Of a stretch of DNA of 64,000 bases, positions 62,011-64,000 are shown one piece after another. Made by a program: the position numbers and the translations under genes. This DNA is from an uncultured Nitrospiraceae bacterium. GTDB taxonomy: Bacteria > Nitrospirota > Thermodesulfovibrionia > Thermodesulfovibrionales > Dissulfurispiraceae. The first letter of the stretch is position 1. Each line of letters opens with the position of its first letter. The notes beneath the pieces are model-generated. The model worked only from the letters and a program-made list of their open reading frames with translations. It made no database searches and had not been told where the DNA came from. The stretch lies in the NCBI GenBank assembly GCA_963727805.1, contig CAVSHF010000005.1, positions 480,001 through 544,000 on the forward strand, given 5' to 3'.

Positions 62011-62450
62011 TTATCATGCCTCCAAGTTTTCTTTGCTGCCTGCATAGTATAGACGCTGTTGACAAGTAAAAAGTTACAATTAGTAAATTAATCGAAGCAG
62101 AGCAAGATTTAGGTAGAAGTCGAGAGCATAGTTTGACGTTTCTAAACACTTTTGAACACTTGGCTGAGTATTGATTAGCGGTTGATCTTACCCCGCGCAT
62201 TTTGAACAATTTTAAAGGCGTTGATTTCAGGAAGTACATCTCGGTGCATGTTTCAACTCGCAGTCCATCGCTCCCGTCCGAACTTAGTCGGAATAGTGTC
62301 CGAAGTAAATCGGAACAAGTGCCCGAACTCAGCGGAATATCCATTTAGCGCTATCAACCTCCGTAGCAGACTTTCACCGCCAAGTATGCACCCATACTGG
62401 GCGCACACGACAATGCGGGATATCTGAGATCATCATGCCTTAGTGGGCGC

Positions 62451-62774
62451 TTATCTAGGCATACTGATGCCATGAGTATCCCGTAATACATCAGGGTCCT
62501 CCATCGTATCAAGCGTTGCTCTCCAGCCTTTCGCCTGGGTTAGCTGAAATTCAAGGTCAAGGATGTTAGATTCCGCACAAGCGATGAGATAGTCCCTTGC
62601 CTCTTCCCAAGTATTAAAGTAGTTGTCGCCGGTAGGCAAATCTGACCTCTTTGGAATGCTACGTCCCTTTGGGTAAGCAGGGTGAGCACTAAAAACAGAT
62701 GACGTGGTTTCACGAAGGACTTCAACCTTCTGAATGCTTGAACGACTCGCAGAAACCAAATACTTTGTTGTCAT
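62451..62774 (-). CDS. Hypothetical protein
   Basis: 107-aa ORF with ATGA overlap to the upstream ORF. Confidence 0.5.
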   Translation of the reverse strand: MTTKYLVSASRSSIQKVEVLRETTSSVFSAHPAYPKGRSIPKRSDLPTGDNYFNTWEEARDYLIACAESNILDLEFQLTQAKGWRATLDTMEDPDVLRDTHGISMPR

Positions 62775-63091
62775 ACAGATGAATCACCTTTTGGCAATGG
62801 CTGACTGCCCAATTTAATTTCCCGGTTATCGAAGGCCTCGCTTACCAGCCATAACTTGTGCTCAAGCCCCGACCTATCCCATTGTTCACTGGAAAGATTG
62901 TGGAACCCCATTGTCTCTTCAGCAACATCGAGAACGCATGCATCAAATGCCGCCCGTTCTGTCTCGTAAGATTCGCGGAGTCTCTCTGGAAATTCCATCA
63001 ATGCTTTAAATAGGTCAGCCACAGTTGGAAGCCCCATGCTCGATGAGAAACCACTCCCGAGGACGAATACTCTATTTAATTTCCGAGTCAT
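62771..63091 (-). CDS. Short ORF starting like a SIR2-like domain (probably truncated)
   Basis: RVFVLGSGFSSSMGLPT..LF; remaining SIR2 motifs absent. Confidence 0.5.
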   Translation of the reverse strand: MTRKLNRVFVLGSGFSSSMGLPTVADLFKALMEFPERLRESYETERAAFDACVLDVAEETMGFHNLSSEQWDRSGLEHKLWLVSEAFDNREIKLGSQPLPKGDSSV

Positions 63092-63767
63092 TCAATAAAT
63101 TATGAGCATATAAGCTCTTATTGATTCCAATTGGAAAATATGCATAATTATACCATGCCTTGGCTGTGTGGACCTATCCCCGGTCATTGTGCCACTATGA
63201 ATTAGAAAATGCCAGCAATAGCAAGCTACCTGAATGTACTAGACTCGCAACGCTCCCTTTACAGTGCGCAGCAGGGGCTACTTACCGTTCGACTGTCTCG
63301 GCTGATCAATTTGGTAACACTCTACAAGGTGCTGGGTGGAGGTGGAGTGTAAATATGAACTCATTGTTCCTTTGACCATTTCATGTTTTTAGAGGCGACG
63401 TTAGAAGAGGTCGGGGTCAGACATAACGCGCTCGTGAAGGTTATTTTCGCAAATGACCAAATTTTCTGTGCTGGCGGCAGTGGATGTTTTTAGGTGCAGG
63501 CAATATTTTCAAGAGAAGAGCATCGCTCTAGCAGGAAGAAATGTTGCGAAAACGTCCCGATCTCTTCAGTCCACATTATAAGTAACAGCTCAAGCGCCGA
63601 TTCTCGATGTCACCTAAAAGTTATCGACTTTGCCAGCACTAACAATTTGGTGATTAGCCACAAAAACTATCATGGTTGCTTTGTTGAGTGCTTCCTTGTA
63701 ACGCGGCGATCTGCATGAATATACGTTTTCTGACCGTCCTTGCGCTTCCAAAGTACACGCCGAGAGC

Positions 63768-64000
63768 TTACGACGCCCTAAGGACCATGACCATCTGGCG
63801 GCCGTCCATCTTCGGCTGGGATTCAACTATAGCGATATCCGTCAGTTCCGACGCCAATCTGTTCAGAACACTCGCTCCCAGATCCTGGCGACTAAATTCC
63901 CGTCCTCTGAATCTAATGGTTACTTTGACCTTGTCCCCTTGATCGATGAATTTCCGCGCATTGCGCTTCTTGAAATCATAGTCGTGGGTATCAATCATCG
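63768..64000 (-). CDS. infC: Translation initiation factor IF-3, C-terminal part (5' end outside the window)
   Basis: IDTHDYDFK, GDKVKVTIRFRGRE, PKMDGRQMVMVL. Confidence 0.9.
   Translation of the reverse strand, partial: MIDTHDYDFKKRNARKFIDQGDKVKVTIRFRGREFSRQDLGASVLNRLASELTDIAIVESQPKMDGRQMVMVLRAS

Noticed and set aside
62000..63760. Integron cassettes or attC sites
   Set aside because: No paired RYYYAAC/GTTRRRY ends with an internal palindrome, and no integrase

Overview
Bacterial chromosomal window, probably from an anaerobic Nitrospirota- or Desulfobacterota-type organism (inferred from gene families only). The core is a ~17 kb minus-strand multiheme-cytochrome locus (8772-26048). It holds a hexaheme OmcS-family cytochrome and the gene set and order known from the Geobacter omcS-companion cluster: NHL protein, beta-propeller, beta-barrel, two lipoproteins, PPIase, 26-heme and 16-heme cytochromes and a second NHL protein. 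Two c7-type hexahemes follow. On the left lie GDP-fucose genes (manB pseudogene, gmd, fcl). On the right is a partly decayed glycan locus (GT2/GT4/GT11, methyltransferases, wzm/wzt) and two TMTC-like membrane glycosyltransferases sharing a ~1.16 kb apparently identical block. A PhnD-like protein, heme-c sensor kinase and sigma54 activator form a regulatory module, and six sigma54-type promoters are visible, three of them directly abutting start codons. A DUF1573-like gene has an in-frame UGA at a conserved Cys position with a SECIS-like hairpin (candidate selenoprotein). There are many pseudogene remnants, an IS110 fragment and an infC 3' end without rpmI. No tRNA, rRNA or CRISPR array was seen.
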